Under the pieces are notes generated by a model. That model saw only the letters and a program-made list of their open reading frames with translations. It was not told where the DNA came from and searched no databases. From contig NMRA01000636.1 in the NCBI GenBank assembly GCA_002633005.1, positions 155,170-219,169 of the forward strand: a stretch of 64,000 bases of DNA, in the 5' to 3' direction. Source of the DNA: Phoronis australis (taxonomy: Eukaryota; Animalia; Phoronida). Each line of letters starts with the position of its first letter. Within the stretch, counting starts at the first letter, position 1. Positions 38,241-52,800 of this stretch are shown here, in pieces. Made by a program: the position numbers and the translations under genes.

Positions 38241-39160
38241 CCGTAAACGTTCAGGTTAACGCCCATGCTCAGTTAACCGCCCACCCCCTACTTTAGGTGG
38301 ATTTTCAATTTAACCGCCCACTGCTCGGTTAAGCGCCCCCCTCCCCCCTCCCCTGCGATTTTTGAAGATTTCCAGTTAAGCGCCCACCTCTCGGTTAAGC
38401 GCCCATCCCCCGGCAACTTTTAAAGAATGAAGATTAGCGCCCAGTGCTAAGGAAACGCGCGATTCCCTGACTTTTAGAAAAAGATCAACGATCAGAATGA
38501 GTGCAACGACGCCGGGACTCCCAGACGGTGGTTTAGCAATCTGAATTACAATACAAGTAACAAGTTATTGTCTTGGGTCATGGACTCACTACAAAATATA
38601 ATACTTGAACGTTTTTGTCACTTTATTTTCTTCCCATGTTCGCTGGCGTCAAAACCTCTGCTTTCAGCGACTTTGTCTGCCGCGCTGCGTTTTCGTCTGC
38701 AATGCACTTGGTAAAACATATATTCGAAAAAATCAGGCCAGAGAATGAGACAATGGTTAAAAGTATATAGTCACGCCCGTTTCTGTTACCTAGGACTGTT
38801 GCCGCTATTCTCTTTTGATGTGTGACTGATTTGTAGTGGTGCACGTGCGCAAGTTCCCACACTTTGGAGTGCATGTTACCTTGACACCAACATGTGATTG
38901 ACAGGTGACTCGCACGTAGGCACTAAGCGCGTGTTGAATCCCGCCGCTATCTTTGGCCATAAAAAACGAGATGCATATTGAAAGAGGCCGTTAAATTACT
39001 TGACGGCATTTCCAAGTCACGATTGTCAGCCGACTGAGACATTGCGCGCTAACAAGGGGACCGAACAGTGCCGCAGTGCGATATTGCAAGTGATATTAAT
39101 AGGATAATCTGGACATCTTGCATGAAAAATGTTTTTCCACCACGAAGTTTGGTAAAGTGA
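38241..39160. mobile_element. Left part of a pogo-like element related to 24720-27183
   Basis: TA|CCGTAAACGTTCAGGTTAACGCCC; TTAA(C/G)CGCCC repeats; shared internal sequence. Confidence 0.6.
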
Positions 39161-39214
39161 AATTTTGCATGTGTTCCTTTCAGGGAAGGGATGGAATGAG
39201 CGAACTTTCAAACG

Positions 39215-40100
39215 AATCCAACTACCGGTGTGCCCCTTAGAGGCAATTTTAGTTTTTTACACTTACCTCTGTATCTTCAAAGGTCCTAAACGTATTTTCA
39301 TAAAATTTGGCATGTACCGTAAGCATCTATTAGTGAGATGATGCCATCCCCCCTTTTTCGGATGGATTCGACAGTTTGCACCACTTAGTGGCCATTTTTA
39401 CTGTTTTTTCGAGCTTGTTTTTGGCGTCCACCTCTATCAACCAAACAGCTCTAAGGAAGATTGTGAAAATTGGCATGTATGTTCTTACTATGAAGAGCAC
39501 AGTTGATGATCTTCCGACGACTTTGACTACTGTGACGCCTCCTAGTGCCAGTTTTTTTTTGCGGCCATGGCTATATCTCCTAAACCGTTTGAAGGATCTT
39601 TATCAAATTTGCCAAGTGTATTTATACGATGTTGACAATGGACGACGACTTTCAGATGGATTGGACTACCGTTGTGCCCCCTAGAAGCAATTTTAGTTTT
39701 TATGTTTACTTACCTCTGTATCTTCAAAGGTCCTTAACGGATTTTCATAAAATTTGGAATATAGGCATCTATTAGAGAGATGACATCATCCTTCTGTTTT
39801 CCAATAGAATCAAGGTATTTTGTGCCACCTAGCGGCCATTTTTGCTGTTTTTGAGTCGACCTTCTATCAACCATACCATTCTAAGGGTGCTTTTCAATAT
39901 TGGCGTATATGTTCTGAGTGCAAGCAGGAAGGTTGACGATGACGACACTTCGACTAATGTGGCGGATCCTAGTGGTAGTTTTCTCTGAAGTTCCTTGACA
40001 TATTTTTGTGAAATTTGGTTCATAGGTTTCTATTAAACAAGCGATGGCATGTTCCCATTTGCGCATGGATTGTACGTTTTTGCGCCATCTAGTGGCCATT
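39215..40100 (+). repeat. HINE family B unit array, opposite orientation
   Basis: Reverse-complement units, e.g. GCGCCATCTAGTGGCCA at about 40082 and GTGCCACCTAGCGGCCA at about 39822. Confidence 0.7.
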
Positions 40101-40414
40101 TTATGATACAAATAAACAAACCCAGAAGCACCCCTTTTGTGGTGCATTGGTGGGTGTACTTCAATGCTCTGCATTGCTGTTGTTATATAAGAAGTTCTTT
40201 AAACAAATCTTAACTTGCTGACATTAAATTTTAATTTAATTTTTTACATGTCACTTGCTATTCTGTAATATCACTTATCAAAAATGGGTTATGGTGGTGG
40301 TACGCCAGCCACATGGGCATTTAAATGATGTTGACCTTAAAACAAAAATTGGCCCCTCTATCCCCGAGTTATGACGGGGAACATCAGCCACATGGGCATT
40401 GATGCCCACCTTAA

Positions 40415-41294
40415 AGAAGAAGGCAACCTTTTTTCATGTCATTTTAGCAAAAATAAAGTTCATTGATTATCCTAGAAAAATTTTTCACTTATTTACAGTT
40501 TTTCGCAATTTAATTAATTATTCGTCCTCTACTCCAGAAGTGACGTTTTGGGGAGCAAGAATTTTGCGCCAATTTCTTTTCACACATACTGACTGTGAGA
40601 GCTGCCGAGTCAGTCATTGCTCTACCTTGGTTGTGTTAAGTTCGGTCGTCGTTTGCTTTTGTTTGCGAGTCGGTCAACATGTCACACTGTTGCTGTGTAC
40701 CGGGATGTACTCATTATTGTCTCACGGACAGAGGAATAACAGTCCCACTTGCTCGAGTGTCCCGCGACACACTCTCACTGGATGGTGACCTGACCACTCA
40801 AACTTCGTACATCCCACCGTGACTCCCTCGCCACACATTTGGCACCTTCTAAATAGCTCCAGTACTTAAGAAAAGTCCACAATAAACTTATCAAACTTTG
40901 GCTCACTGATCTGTTCATTGGACGACGAACTGTCCTCTACACTCGGTGTCTAACTGGGCCTGTATTCCCTCCCACTACTCAACATCACAGCAGGGCTGCT
41001 TACAGGCTCTGGGCGATAATGAGTACATGCCGGTACGCAGCAACAGTGTGGCTTGTTGACCGACACATCAACAAAAACAAACGATGACCGAACTTATCAC
41101 CACCGAAGTAGAACAATGACCGACTCGACAGCTCTCACAGTCAGACTATGTGAAAAGACATTGGCGCGAAATTCTTGCCTCCCAAAACGTCACTTCCACA
41201 TTAGAGGACGAATAACTAATTCAATTGCGAAAAACTGTGAATAAGTGAACCTTATTTTTGCTAAAAATGACAAGAAAAAATGTTGCCTTCCCCT
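40415..41294 (-). mobile_element. Kolobok copy 4: shorter, inverted derivative of the two-left-end subfamily
   Basis: TTAA TSD (40411-14, 41295-98); both ends are left ends; the junction at about 40725 is the reverse complement of the junction at about 9030 in copy 1. Confidence 0.8.
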
Positions 41295-42999
41295 TTAACA
41301 TATTAGGCAGGGTTCCCCCCTATCCCCTAGTTACGGCGGAGGTATGTTGGCTACATGGGCATTTCATTGATATTGACCTAAAAACAAGAGCAACGCAGAG
41401 CCAGGGACTCATCTAGCGGCTGAACTGACCATCATTGGGATGGCCCTTTTAAAAAAATGATGGCTTTGGAAGGCACGGCCAAGACAAAAAAGACAGCCAG
41501 TTTCAAGACAACCTCGGCAAAAATGAAGGCTAAAGAAAGAACTTGAACATTTACGATTAATAAATTTTATTGAAACCCACAATCCATTGTTTAAGTTCAC
41601 TAAATTTCAAGAAAAAACTTGACATTAGAAACTTTTGCCGTCTATTTTTACTATAAATGCCACAATGACGATTGGCAAATATTGGCAGCCATCTTAACGG
41701 AATACCTTCCTGTTCTGTGACGTCAAGGTGACTTCATAGGGAATCCCCCACATGGCGAGTTTCGAGAAATGTTGCATACAGCGCCAACTACCCTTTCGTG
41801 GACACTTAATATTTGAAACTGAAGAACCCAAACCCGAAGTTCAAAAGATTTGCCGTAACCCTAATGCTAGCTGCCGACGTGGAAGTTGAATCAGCACTCG
41901 TTAAATGTATTTGACAGAGCAGCCAATTTGAAAGAGCTGAGAACATACACCTTGAAAAAATGATACACGCCAAAATTCTACTAGCACTGACCTGTGGTTC
42001 AAATGCCATCAACATCGTTGAACATGCAAACCAGATAAAACTTAGCGCAAACTTCCTTAATCTGTTCGCATACATGTAGTTCCGTTGCAACTCAAACGAA
42101 TGAATGAAAACATATCAAAAAAAACGCAAGGCCGAACAACGTATATTGATGCGCTAGAATACAGTGTAAACTTCACAAGAAAAATGTTGTGTAAAATATT
42201 GGTTACGTATTCAATGACTAACTTAGCATGAAAGTAAACGCCTCAAAATACTTCAACTTTTTGCGGAATTCCATGATCATTGGGCGATTCAAGTTCCTCT
42301 GTGTGTGACACTGTGTGCCATAGATGGAAAAAGTAGGTCAGCCAGTCACTGCACAGCACCTGTTCCTTCGTCTGTGAAGCGTACTTATGAAAGACTAATT
42401 TCTTGTAGCATACTATGATAGACATCCAACTTAGTAACTGTTTCAATTCAACAAAGCGCACATTTATAATGCACTGCAGAAGATGTTAGCAACCACGATG
42501 TCCCCTGCAATCAATGGCAATGCTTGTAGCCAAACGACTCAAAATTTACAAACAAAGCATTTGGAAAAAGGATTAGAAAACGTAAAAATACGAGCGTCAA
42601 ATTCAAACACAGAGCTTTTTGGTCAAGATCTTTCACGAAGCTAAGTTCGGGTATACAAGCGCGAGTGTACATATGCCGTCACTCCTATTTTCCAGTCAAG
42701 ATTTTCGCCAGTCAAAGCTATTAGAAAAGGTAAAAATATGAGTGCCAAATTCAAACATGGAGTTTCAATGCTTTAACGAAGCCAAGTTCGGTTATACAAG
42801 GGCAGTGCACATATGCCGTCACTTCTATTTCCAGCCGAGATTTTCACCCGTGTTGAGCACTGGTGGGCCATGGTTGTGAATTTGTTGAGGATATGTGTTG
42901 TCTTGTTCAGTGTAGACTTGCATACATGTCAGAATGTTTAGTTGTACCCAACTAATCCCAACTTATCTCAACTTATCCTGTCATCACCACTGATGCAAG

Positions 43000-44700
43000 C
43001 CTGTTGCTGACATCATGTTTGTTATCAAACTGCCCTTGCAGGTGGCGCAGCGAATAGTGGGAATAGTTGAATTAGTTGAAATGCGTGATTGATGTCTCTA
43101 ACATTGAGCTTGTGGATGACATCATGTAAATTATTCTCCCTGTCCACAGGTGACGCACTGATTAGTAGGAATCGTTGAATTAGTTGAATCCAACTAATCC
43201 CAAGTCAGCTCAACCTATTCGGCACTGACCTGTTCAACTAATTCAACTAATTCAACCAATTGTAGCGCCATCTAAAGTATAACTGGCAATGTGAGACAGA
43301 AAGACCCGAGTCACTGACTTGCCTGCAGGTGGCGCAACAATTAGTGGGAATAGTTGAATTAGTTGAAATGCATGTTCTGTGTTTGTCAAGTTGAGAGCCT
43401 TTTGCTGATGTCATGATTGTTATCAGTCTGTTCCTGTAGGTGGCGCAGCGATTAGTGGGAATAGTTGAATTAGTTGAAATGCGTGTTCTGTGTCTGTCAA
43501 GTTGTGAGCCTGGTGAGCCTTTTGCCAGCGCCATGTGCTTTATCTGTCTGCCTGCAGGTGGCATAGCGATTAGTGGGAATAGTTGAATTAGTTGAAATGT
43601 GGGTTCTGTGTTTCTCAAGCTGTGAGCCTGTAGCTGACATAATGTTTGTTATCAGCCTATCCCTGCAGGTGGCGCAGTGATTAGTGGGAATAGTTGAATA
43701 AGTTGAAATGCTTGTTCTGTGTCTCTCACTTTGTGAACCTGGTGAGCCTTTTGCTGGCGTCATGTACTTTTTCAATCTGCCTGTAGGTGGCTTACCAATT
43801 AGTGGGAATAGTTGAATTAGTTGAAATGTGTGTTCTCTGTCTCTCAAGTTGTGGGCCTGTTGCTGACTTAATGTTTGGTATCAGGTGTGCTTGCAGGTGG
43901 CGTAGCGATTAGTGGGAATAGTTGAATTAGTTGAAATGCGTGTTTGGAGTTTCTAAACTTGTGAGCCAGTTGATGATGTCATGTACGTTCTCTGTCCCTG
44001 CAGGTGGCGCAGTGATTAGTGGAAATAGTTGAATTACTTGAAATGCCTGTTCTGTGTCTCTTAAGTTGTGAGCCTTTTGCTGATGTCATGATTTTATCAG
44101 TCTTTTCCTGTAGGTGGCGCAGCGATTAGTTGGAATAGTTGAATTAGTTGAAATGTGGGTTCTGTGTTTCTCAAGCTGTGAGCCTGTAGCTGACATAATG
44201 TTTGTTATCAGCCTATCCCTGCAGGTGGCGCAGCGATTAGTGGGAATAGTTGAATTAGTTGAAATGCGTGTGTGGAGTCTCTAAAATGGTGACCCCATTG
44301 ATTATGTCATGAACTATATCTGCCTGCTCTACTTGATCTACCTAATTTTATCTACCCGTTATTTAGTGGGTCATCCCCGTAGGTGGCGTTATATGTCTGC
44401 TGTGGCGTATTGATTAATGGAATAGTTGAATTAGTTGAAATGCGTGTTTGGAGTCTAAAATTGTGATCCTGATTATGACGTCATGTACGTTATCTACCTG
44501 CCCACAGGTGGCGCAGCCATTAGTAGTATTTGAATTAGTTGAATTGCGTTTTCTACTTGATCTACCTAACCATGTTTCTCAAGTTGTGAGCCGGTTGCTG
44601 ACGTCATATAAATTACGTACCAGCCCCGAGATGGCGCGGTTATTAGTACGTATAGTTGAATTAGTTGAAATGCGTTTCTTGCGTCTCTAAAAAGTTGAGA
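43000..44700. repeat. Tandem array of 107-118-bp units, about 14 copies
   Basis: Core CCTGCAGGTGGCGCAGCGATTAGTGGGAATAGTTGAATTAGTTGAAATG recurs at about 43038, 43326, 43437, 43555, 43666, 43784, 43894, 44001, 44111, 44222 and later. Confidence 0.9.
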
Positions 44701-45322
44701 ACCTCTATCTGACGTCTTTATCTGTATGTGGCGTAGAGGTAGCTTGAAATATGTGAATTTGCTGAAAACTTAACATTGGCATCTTAAATATCATTTACCA
44801 GTGAATGAAGTCACCATTTCATCTTTCTTTGCATTAACATGCTTTAGCGCCTCCTATATCCAGTATTTATAAGAGTAAGTGAAAAAGTAACATAGGGGGC
44901 GCTGCAATTAGTTGAACTACAGCTTCCAAATAATCGATTAGTAGGTCCCTACCAAAGATTCTGACATGACTCTAGACTTGTGAATTGCAGTACTGTGCGA
45001 TGTCATGAAACAGACATATGTACTCCAGGTTATTTTTCTTATAGTTCTTTCAAATGCAACTTCATTGTTTTGTCATAAATTTAAATGGTTTTTCTCAACT
45101 GCATTAAAGTAATATACTTCTCTTTTGAGAGCTTCAAGATACATTGAGTCCTGTATTCATGCTGTGAATTATCTGTCTAACATGCAACTCTACACAGATT
45201 ATATTACTAAAAAGATTTACAGATCTTAATTTTAGCAGTCTAGTAACAATGCAACATCCTGAATGGAACAGGCCTAATTTTTGTTTGGTTTCCTTTTGTG
45301 ACGTACTTTGAACAAGAAAAAA

Positions 45323-46573
45323 CAAGAGCACTCGGAGGAGCGACACTTGGCGAAAACAGGACGATGGGGAGGACGACAACGTCTTACGACGATGATCATG
45401 ACTAGCGAGAAATGAAAAATATCTTATGAAAGCCCATTTAAAACTCTATCGAACTGTAAAGATTTCTGATCGGTTAATATACATGGCAAGAAAAGAGAGC
45501 ATTTAATCAAAATAAAAGAACAATAGATGGCGCAACCTAACGGACACAGCTTAACAAAGCTAAACCTACATCAGAGCAGCAAGAACGATCCAAGGAACAG
45601 TGCTAGGTGGGTCATTCAGGGTCAACAAACCAGTCTACAGTCGGATGATGCTAGCTGGGTCATTCGGGGTCAACTTGTATAGGCATAACCAAAACAAAAG
45701 AGAGGCGGCCAGCTGCGTGCGCTTGCATTGGCAATGCAACGGAAACCAAACGAACAGAAAATCTCGAAAAATTCAAAAAGTAGACGTTGTAACGAAAAAT
45801 GGAAAATATCTTCTGAAAGCCCAGAAACTTTTTCGATAAAATTGAAATTATGCGTTTTTTTTTGAAATTCAAAGTCAAATAACTCGAAAACGGTAAGTCT
45901 GAGAAAACCGTTATCGCAGAACTTTTGAAAGAGCATACTTCAAGGAATCCACATGCAAAAATTCACGTCATTTGCTCTGCGTTAAAAATGCGACACCAGA
46001 ATAATTGAAACCGTGTGAACATGTGCCACAGCCGCCATCTTGAAAGTGACTTCCGGTTCCATAAATTTTTATTAAAGGTTATTAAACTCAACAAACACGT
46101 GACCTGTTTGAAAGTGATTGGTTCGCAAATGCGCCCTCTACAGGAGAAAACGTTTTGGCCATATTTCAGGGTGCGCATGCCCTACTTCCAATATTTCCGC
46201 CATCTTTGACCGGAAATCAACAATTTTCTGCACACTTGTAGCACATGCGTTCTAGTATAATCGTACCGATTTTCAGCCATGTACGTCGAAAAATGCGGCA
46301 TTTGACTGTGAAATCGGATACAAAATGACCGCCATGTCCGCCATTTTGTATCCGATCATGACCAAAAACAGTAGCGTTCCAGTACTTCCCGATCTACACG
46401 TCATGTGCAAATTTCATGAAAATCGGACGAAAATTGCGACCTGTAGAGAGCGAACAAACAAAAAAAAACTTGCTGTCAGACCAACATACTTGGCACAAGA
46501 ATTCCGCCAAGTATAAAAAAATACTTGCTGTCAGACCAACGTACTGTGCGAAATTTATTTCGCCAAGTAAAAA
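45323..46573 (-). mobile_element. HINE family A, apparently complete
   Basis: (AA)CAAGAG end; sub-TIR pair ACTTGGCGAAA (45345-55) / TTTCGCCAAGT (46558-68); duplicated terminal hairpin; A-rich flanks without TSD. Confidence 0.7.
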
Positions 46574-46939
46574 TGTAATCAGTGCACTAAAATGCAAGGA
46601 ATATGACCTATATTTCTAACAAATCCATTAGGAACTTCTGAAAAACGGAGGAAAACGAAAAACCTAATTGTCACTAGGAGGCTATGTGCACACAAAAAAC
46701 ATAACTAGCACCAGAAGGCACCACAGTAGTTGAAGTCGGAAAATCATCGTCAACTATCCCCTTTACACTAAGAACATATATGCCAATTTTCACAATCATC
46801 CTTAGAGTGGGACTGGTTTGGTTGATAGAGGGGTGGTTGCCAAAACTAAATTAAATAAAAGAAAAAATGGCCACTAGATGGCGCATCATATGCTAAATCC
46901 ATCCGAAAACAGGAAGATGTCATTGTTTTACTTCAAAGC

Positions 46940-47530
46940 CTGTTTTGTCATCTTGTATGTCAGCTTCGGTGGAAGGCAAATACAACTGGAGACATGATAA
47001 GATATTCAAGGCGATTGCTCATATTTTGGACTACGAAAAAAGGAGTCGGTTAGCAACACTGATAGCCTACTGATATCGTTTTGCAGAGGGTGCATCTGGG
47101 AAAAGAAAAGATTGGCTACAGCGAGTGATTGGAAGACGGTTGTGGATGTAGCACCATTTGCAGTATTCCCAAGCCACATAGTGATGACAACACTCCCGTC
47201 TGACTTCATATTATTGTCAGATGATACGAAAACGGTTATCATTATAGAACTTACAGTACCTTGGGAATTCTGAATGGTAGAGTCCAATGAGAGGAAAAGG
47301 CTAAAGTAGGCGAAACTTTCCCGTCATTGTTCGGTAGCAGGTTGGAAATGCTTTTGTATGCCAGTTGAAGTAGGATATAGAGGTTTCATCGGACGCAGCA
47401 TGTGGAGTTTGATGAAGTTCCTAGGTATCAGCACAGCATCAACGAAGAATTTGGTGCAGACAGTGGTGAGATCAGCTCAAGAGGCGTCGTCGTGGCTATG
47501 ATTACAGCGAGACAACAGGTGGTACTCCGA
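46940..47530 (+). mobile_element. 3' fragment of a Hero-clade non-LTR retrotransposon (restriction-like endonuclease domain) with stops
   Basis: EGKYNWRHDKIFKAIA...DWKTVVD...FPSHIVMTTLPSDFILLS...IIIELTVPWE...ERKRLK*...GWKCFCMPVEVGYRGF...SSWL* follows the Hero REL pattern (RHD, RPD, ELTVPWE, K..KY, PVEVG.RGF). Confidence 0.85.
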
Positions 47531-48266
47531 TGACGAACAACTTCGGAGACCCAGCATCCAAGATGATTCCAGATTTAGGGACGAAATTATGGATGAGGAT
47601 GCATTCTAGCTGACGATGGCAATTGGAAAGGCAGCACACAACACCTGTGTTCCAGGTAATTTTATTACCTGTTGCCAAGAAACAAGCCAAAAAAAATATT
47701 GTTCTGTTATCGGGGTTGTACGTAATGGGTAAAGACTGTCTCCGGTGTTGCTGTTTTATGCCAATGCGATACTGAAGAGTTCAGAGGAAGTCCGTAGAGA
47801 GCCGCCTTTTTCAGACATGAAAGGGTGCGTTTGTCAAGAATGTAGTAACATCAACTTGACTTGAGAACGTCTCTGTGTTCAAATTTCATAAATACGTGAA
47901 AGTAGCACAGAAATGGCATCAGTTTGAGTACTGCACGAGAGTGAGGAATGTCATTGTGGAACATGCGATTCAGACATGAGTCACACTTTGTTAAGTACGT
48001 TTCAAGAAAACGTGTTTCGACCAAACACAAAAGCGGCGTTACGATGAAGGGCTCGACACCTTGTAAGTGTATTTGTAAATTTTATAAATAATGAACGAAC
48101 TGCTTCCATTCTAGGGAGAGTGATGTCAGGCCCTCGACCCTGGCCCAGATTGAGTGCTACAACACGTAGGCTTATGCAATGTGTTTAGACCGTGGTCATT
48201 CCATCATGGCACTAGTGAATACTAGTGACTAAGGTTTACTGTGGTTTACTTTGTCAGTGATTATTA

Positions 48267-48694
48267 CAAGGTACCTAAACTACACGGTCAATGGACTCAT
48301 AACACGGGCACGGACACATGAACACGACTCACGGACCTGCAAACACCGTCCACTGACTTCCAAACACGGGAATGGACTCACAAAACACGATCCACGCACC
48401 CAAATACACGGGACATGGACTCATATTCATGAGGAAACATGGTTAACGGACCGCCAAACACGGGTCACGGACTCATCGGCTTCCTGGGTCAGCTGACATC
48501 TTCATTTTGTCGTAAACCGTGTTTGGCGGTCCGTTAATCGTGTTTCCTCGTGAATATGAGTCCATGTCCCGTGTATTTGGGTGTGTGGATCGTGTTTTGT
48601 GAGTCCGTTCCCGTGTTTGTGAGTCAGTGGACAGTGTTTGCAGGTCCGTGAGTCGTGTTTACGAGTCCGTTGACGGTGTAGTTTAGGTACCTTG
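48267..48694. mobile_element. Foldback MITE with 5-bp TSD, second copy
   Basis: CAAGGTACCTAAACTACAC...GTGTAGTTTAGGTACCTTG; TSD TATTA. Confidence 0.9.
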
Positions 48695-49665
48695 TATTAG
48701 GTCTATTTTGAGAATATTGACCACCCCTTGGTTCAGTTGGTTGCGGCAGTAGGATTTCTCGTGCCGACAAAAATTCGCTAAGTAGGAAATCGAATTCATT
48801 GTCTGATTCTTCAAGTCCTAGAGTGTGATGCCCGTATCCACTCTCCTAGCTCTCTGTCTGCATAATAATTGTCCAGTTAGAGCTCAAAATCGTCCTCGTC
48901 TTCTGATCTGTTATGTTCCGCCATTGCAATTGATTATCAAGTGACCAAACGTCTTCCACCCATTACATCATTTGGCGGGAAATATGGAAATGACTAAATT
49001 TTTCTTCAAAATTAAAAAATTCACGATTATTTGGCATGAAGAAGTGCTTATTTAGTTAGATTTTATGGTATTCATGTCATGTCATATTTATTATTAGCTA
49101 ACTGAAACCTCAAAAACTAAGAAAATGCATGGTGAGAACTCTTTAATATATGATGTAAGATAAGATAAACTTTATTACAGACCCCTATCTCCACAATAAC
49201 ATACCACACTATAATAGCACTGATTTGGGGGTCATAAAACACAGTCACAAGTCATGAATGTCCAGAGAATCTAGGAAACTCATGTTTGAACTGCTGGATG
49301 AGCCTCATTAGAAAACAAGATTTAATCATTCAAAGTAGCCTTGTTAAATGACAAGTGAAGTAGCCTTTTCATGCCATATTGCATCACTACAAGAACACAG
49401 AACAAAAGGAGTTTGAATAGAACACCATATAAGTTGACTAAGACCTATCTACGATGTCATACTACTTCCGAAGAACAGAATGGTGGGAAACCAGGACATC
49501 ATTTGTTGATAAAGGACTGCCAGTGCCATATAAGGTTGTGTTTTGAATTCTGCAAGTTTAATGAAAACCACGAACATAACAGAGTACAGTCCGAAATGTT
49601 CAAACTCTTAACTATTCAGTCTCTGAGTAAGTTGATTTTACTTATATTGAATGTAAAACAGTTAG

Positions 49666-49816
49666 AAATTTATGGCGTAGGTGCGCTCAGAGTGATAGTC
49701 AAACAGGACAAACCAAATTTATGGCGTTGGTGTGCTCAGAGTGATAGTCAAACAGGACAAACCAAATTTATGGCGTTGGTGTGCTCAGAGTGATACTCAA
49801 ACAGGACAAACCAAAT
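49666..49816. repeat. 49-bp tandem repeat x3
   Basis: AAATTTATGGCGTTGGTGTGCTCAGAGTGATAGTCAAACAGGACAAACC at 49666, 49715 and 49764. Confidence 0.9.
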
Positions 49817-52800
49817 ACTCATGTGTCAGTAGGCTTTAACACCCATGTGAATTCAAAATTATCTTCACTGAAAAATACCAGCAGATGATTTTTTCTATCC
49901 AACACAAACAACAGTAAATATCAAGTAGTTCAAAAAGGTATAAATTATGGATAACTCACAGCTAAAACAATTATAGAAGAAATGTCCACACTCACATAAA
50001 AAGTACTGGTACTTCAAAATCTCACGGCACCAAACATGAACTATTAGGCTACTCCTTAGTTGTACCTCTTTTATGATTCAGTAAAACAAGCTGTTAAAAG
50101 ACTTCACAATTGCAACTTAAGAATTTTGCTGTCTCTTACATTGCACCACAATCTGCAATGAACTGAGAAAATATTGATTTGCGTGTATTTATAAAAAGTG
50201 AAATTGCGATTTACAATTCCACTTTCAGTTATTCAACAACTTTCTGCTTGTGTCATGAAAGTTGAACAATGGTTCCCAATTTCATTCATAAGTCACCAGC
50301 TGACCCAGTTTTACAAACAGAAAGGGGATTGGCCACACAAGTCGAAATCTTGTGAATGAAGTTAAGACGGCCTTTTGAGTAAGGCGGTGTTATTTTGAGA
50401 AGGTGGAAAAGAACGACCAAAACTAATATGGTGAGGTTTCCATAGATGAAGTTAAAATATTGACAAACATGATAATCGTGGTATTATAAGCGCGATCCAG
50501 AAAACATTTCGAAAAGCACTCTGTGACCGCCTTCAGTTTCACGTCGACGATCCCACGCGCCAAGTCGCTAGCAACACCCAACACAAAGCCAACAAATGTT
50601 TAGCAAATTCTCAATGAAAATGACGTTTCTCCCAAATTTTCAACGTTGACATTGCATAACACAATTAAATGTCATACTCACCACGTTTCTTCTGCACATA
50701 TGTGGTTATTAAAGAAAACGTGTAAGAACTTTGACGCAAGGTCAAAAATTGCGAGAGAACAGAATGGAAAAATTACAGAAGGTGTCACTGTTGTTCATGA
50801 CGTCACAGACACGAATTTCGATTGGGAGAAATGAAAGTTAATCTATTGCTGTAGTGTGGAAAACCTGCCGTGTGCTAAACATATTCCTTTGGGTTTTAAC
50901 TTTAGTCCAACACAACTTACACAACTACTTGAATTAGTGGTCTTTTACGACACTTTTGTGTCATCATGCCCACAGATTCCACGAAAACCGTCGTTCAAAA
51001 TCTGGCTTTGAAATTTGCATGACACATACACACGTGTTAATTTTGAGTGGGAAATCCCGAATAAAACGGTGACTCAAGGTCTCGTCACAGCCACCATATC
51101 TCCACAACACCCGAAGAACAAGAGGGACAACAACCTTCAGATGAACCAAGGACTTAATGTCTGGCCCGGGGAGTCTTGGATGGATGTGACCTGTTGATAG
51201 CATCGATCCATGCGGCCGCCCTTTTGACTGAAGGCCCAGTGGTTGTGCTCACACAACCATTAAAGATCAATTCTTGCAGGGTCCATATGATGATAGAATT
51301 AACAATCACTCTTTTCCACTTTTAATTAAATTAAGCCTTTTATATTGAAGGGTCCCCTTTCAGATGGGGTCCTCCCTCTCCGGCGAGGCGGCCCGAACAA
51401 TTGGTCATGGCCTATCTTCACTCCGGCACCCGCTATCAATCTTCACGAGGTGAAAAAAAAAATGATTCAGTTTCATCGTAAGATAAACAAATTCATGTAA
51501 AGCAGAGAAGTATCTAGACATTCGGCCAAATAACCAAAAATAATTGTAATAGTGAAAACTATAATAGCTTAGATCGCCAGAGCTAATTGGACATTTCCAG
51601 AACTTGAAAAACACTTTGTAAATTACACAAAGGAAATATATCTGTTAGCGATAAAATGCCTGTTCTTTTCATCATATTATCTTTAAAATAGTATTTCTGC
51701 GAAGATCGTTATTAGGAATTGTTTTGTTAGGATCTCCTACATCATGTTGCGAAACAAACTGATGACCCGTGTGACCTTCGGGAATTGCTTGTGATCTGCC
51801 GCTTTGATAAAAAACGACTTTGTTGGATTTTGGTTTACATATGTCTATATCTAGTACAATTTTTGACAATTAGAAGCTAAGCTTGTAATAATTGATGATA
51901 ATTCAGTGAACGTAGGTTCCAAGACGAAGTTGACAACTAAATCCCTCCTCCAGAACTAAGTACCATTAGACGATTTCTGTCCGTTATAGAAATGACCTCA
52001 GACAGTTCTACAGGGTATCACAAAAATGTGCTCACAAATCAAATAACAGTAAACGCATTTTTATTCACGTAGGGCCAAGATTAGTTGTTTAAATTCACAA
52101 AAAGAGATTTTAAAAACTAATCGTTTGTTTTGCCAATTTCGTCCATACAGAGCAGGTGATGACTGACGCATCGACACGGTTTCAAACACGGTCTAACCAT
52201 GCACTAAGCCTGTGTGCGCTGAGAATCTGATCCACCTGGGGATCTGAATATTTGACTGACTTCCCGATGTACGAGTACATCTTTGGGACACCTTGTACAC
52301 CATTTGTCCTCAGACACCAGAAACAAGGCTATAGAAAGGATTTTGAAACTGCATCAAAGGCAGTACCAATGATTCTGGAACCTCACCTTTTCAAAATATA
52401 CCTTTAAAGCATGGCCCTCAAAAATGAGCTTTCAATCTTGACCTTTGTCGGACCAGTGCAGACGGATAGGTACCAGGTGGGCTGCCTTTCTAAAGTAGCT
52501 GAACTGACCTATAGCTCATCCAGTTCGGATTTCAGCTGTAGTTTACTTGCAGTGCCAGATTAAGGGTGTACGGGGCGCTAAGGTATGAGTACGGGGCCCC
52601 ACCAACTAATCTGAGGCAAATTGAAAGTCGAAATAACCAATGTATTCCTATCGGAAAAGCTCTCACTATAATCGTAATAGTGACCGTTTAGAATGCGAAG
52701 CTACACGTGCGTCAAACGTCACTGATGATGCGGGGCAGTTTATTGGCTCCTGACCTCTTACGATTTTGCGAAATTCTGTTTTACTTTTGCATTTTTTTAT

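Noticed and set aside
49666-49816. CRISPR-like appearance of this repeat and of the 43.0-44.7 kb array
   Set aside because: Units are contiguous or have homologous spacers, there are no cas genes, and the context is eukaryotic.
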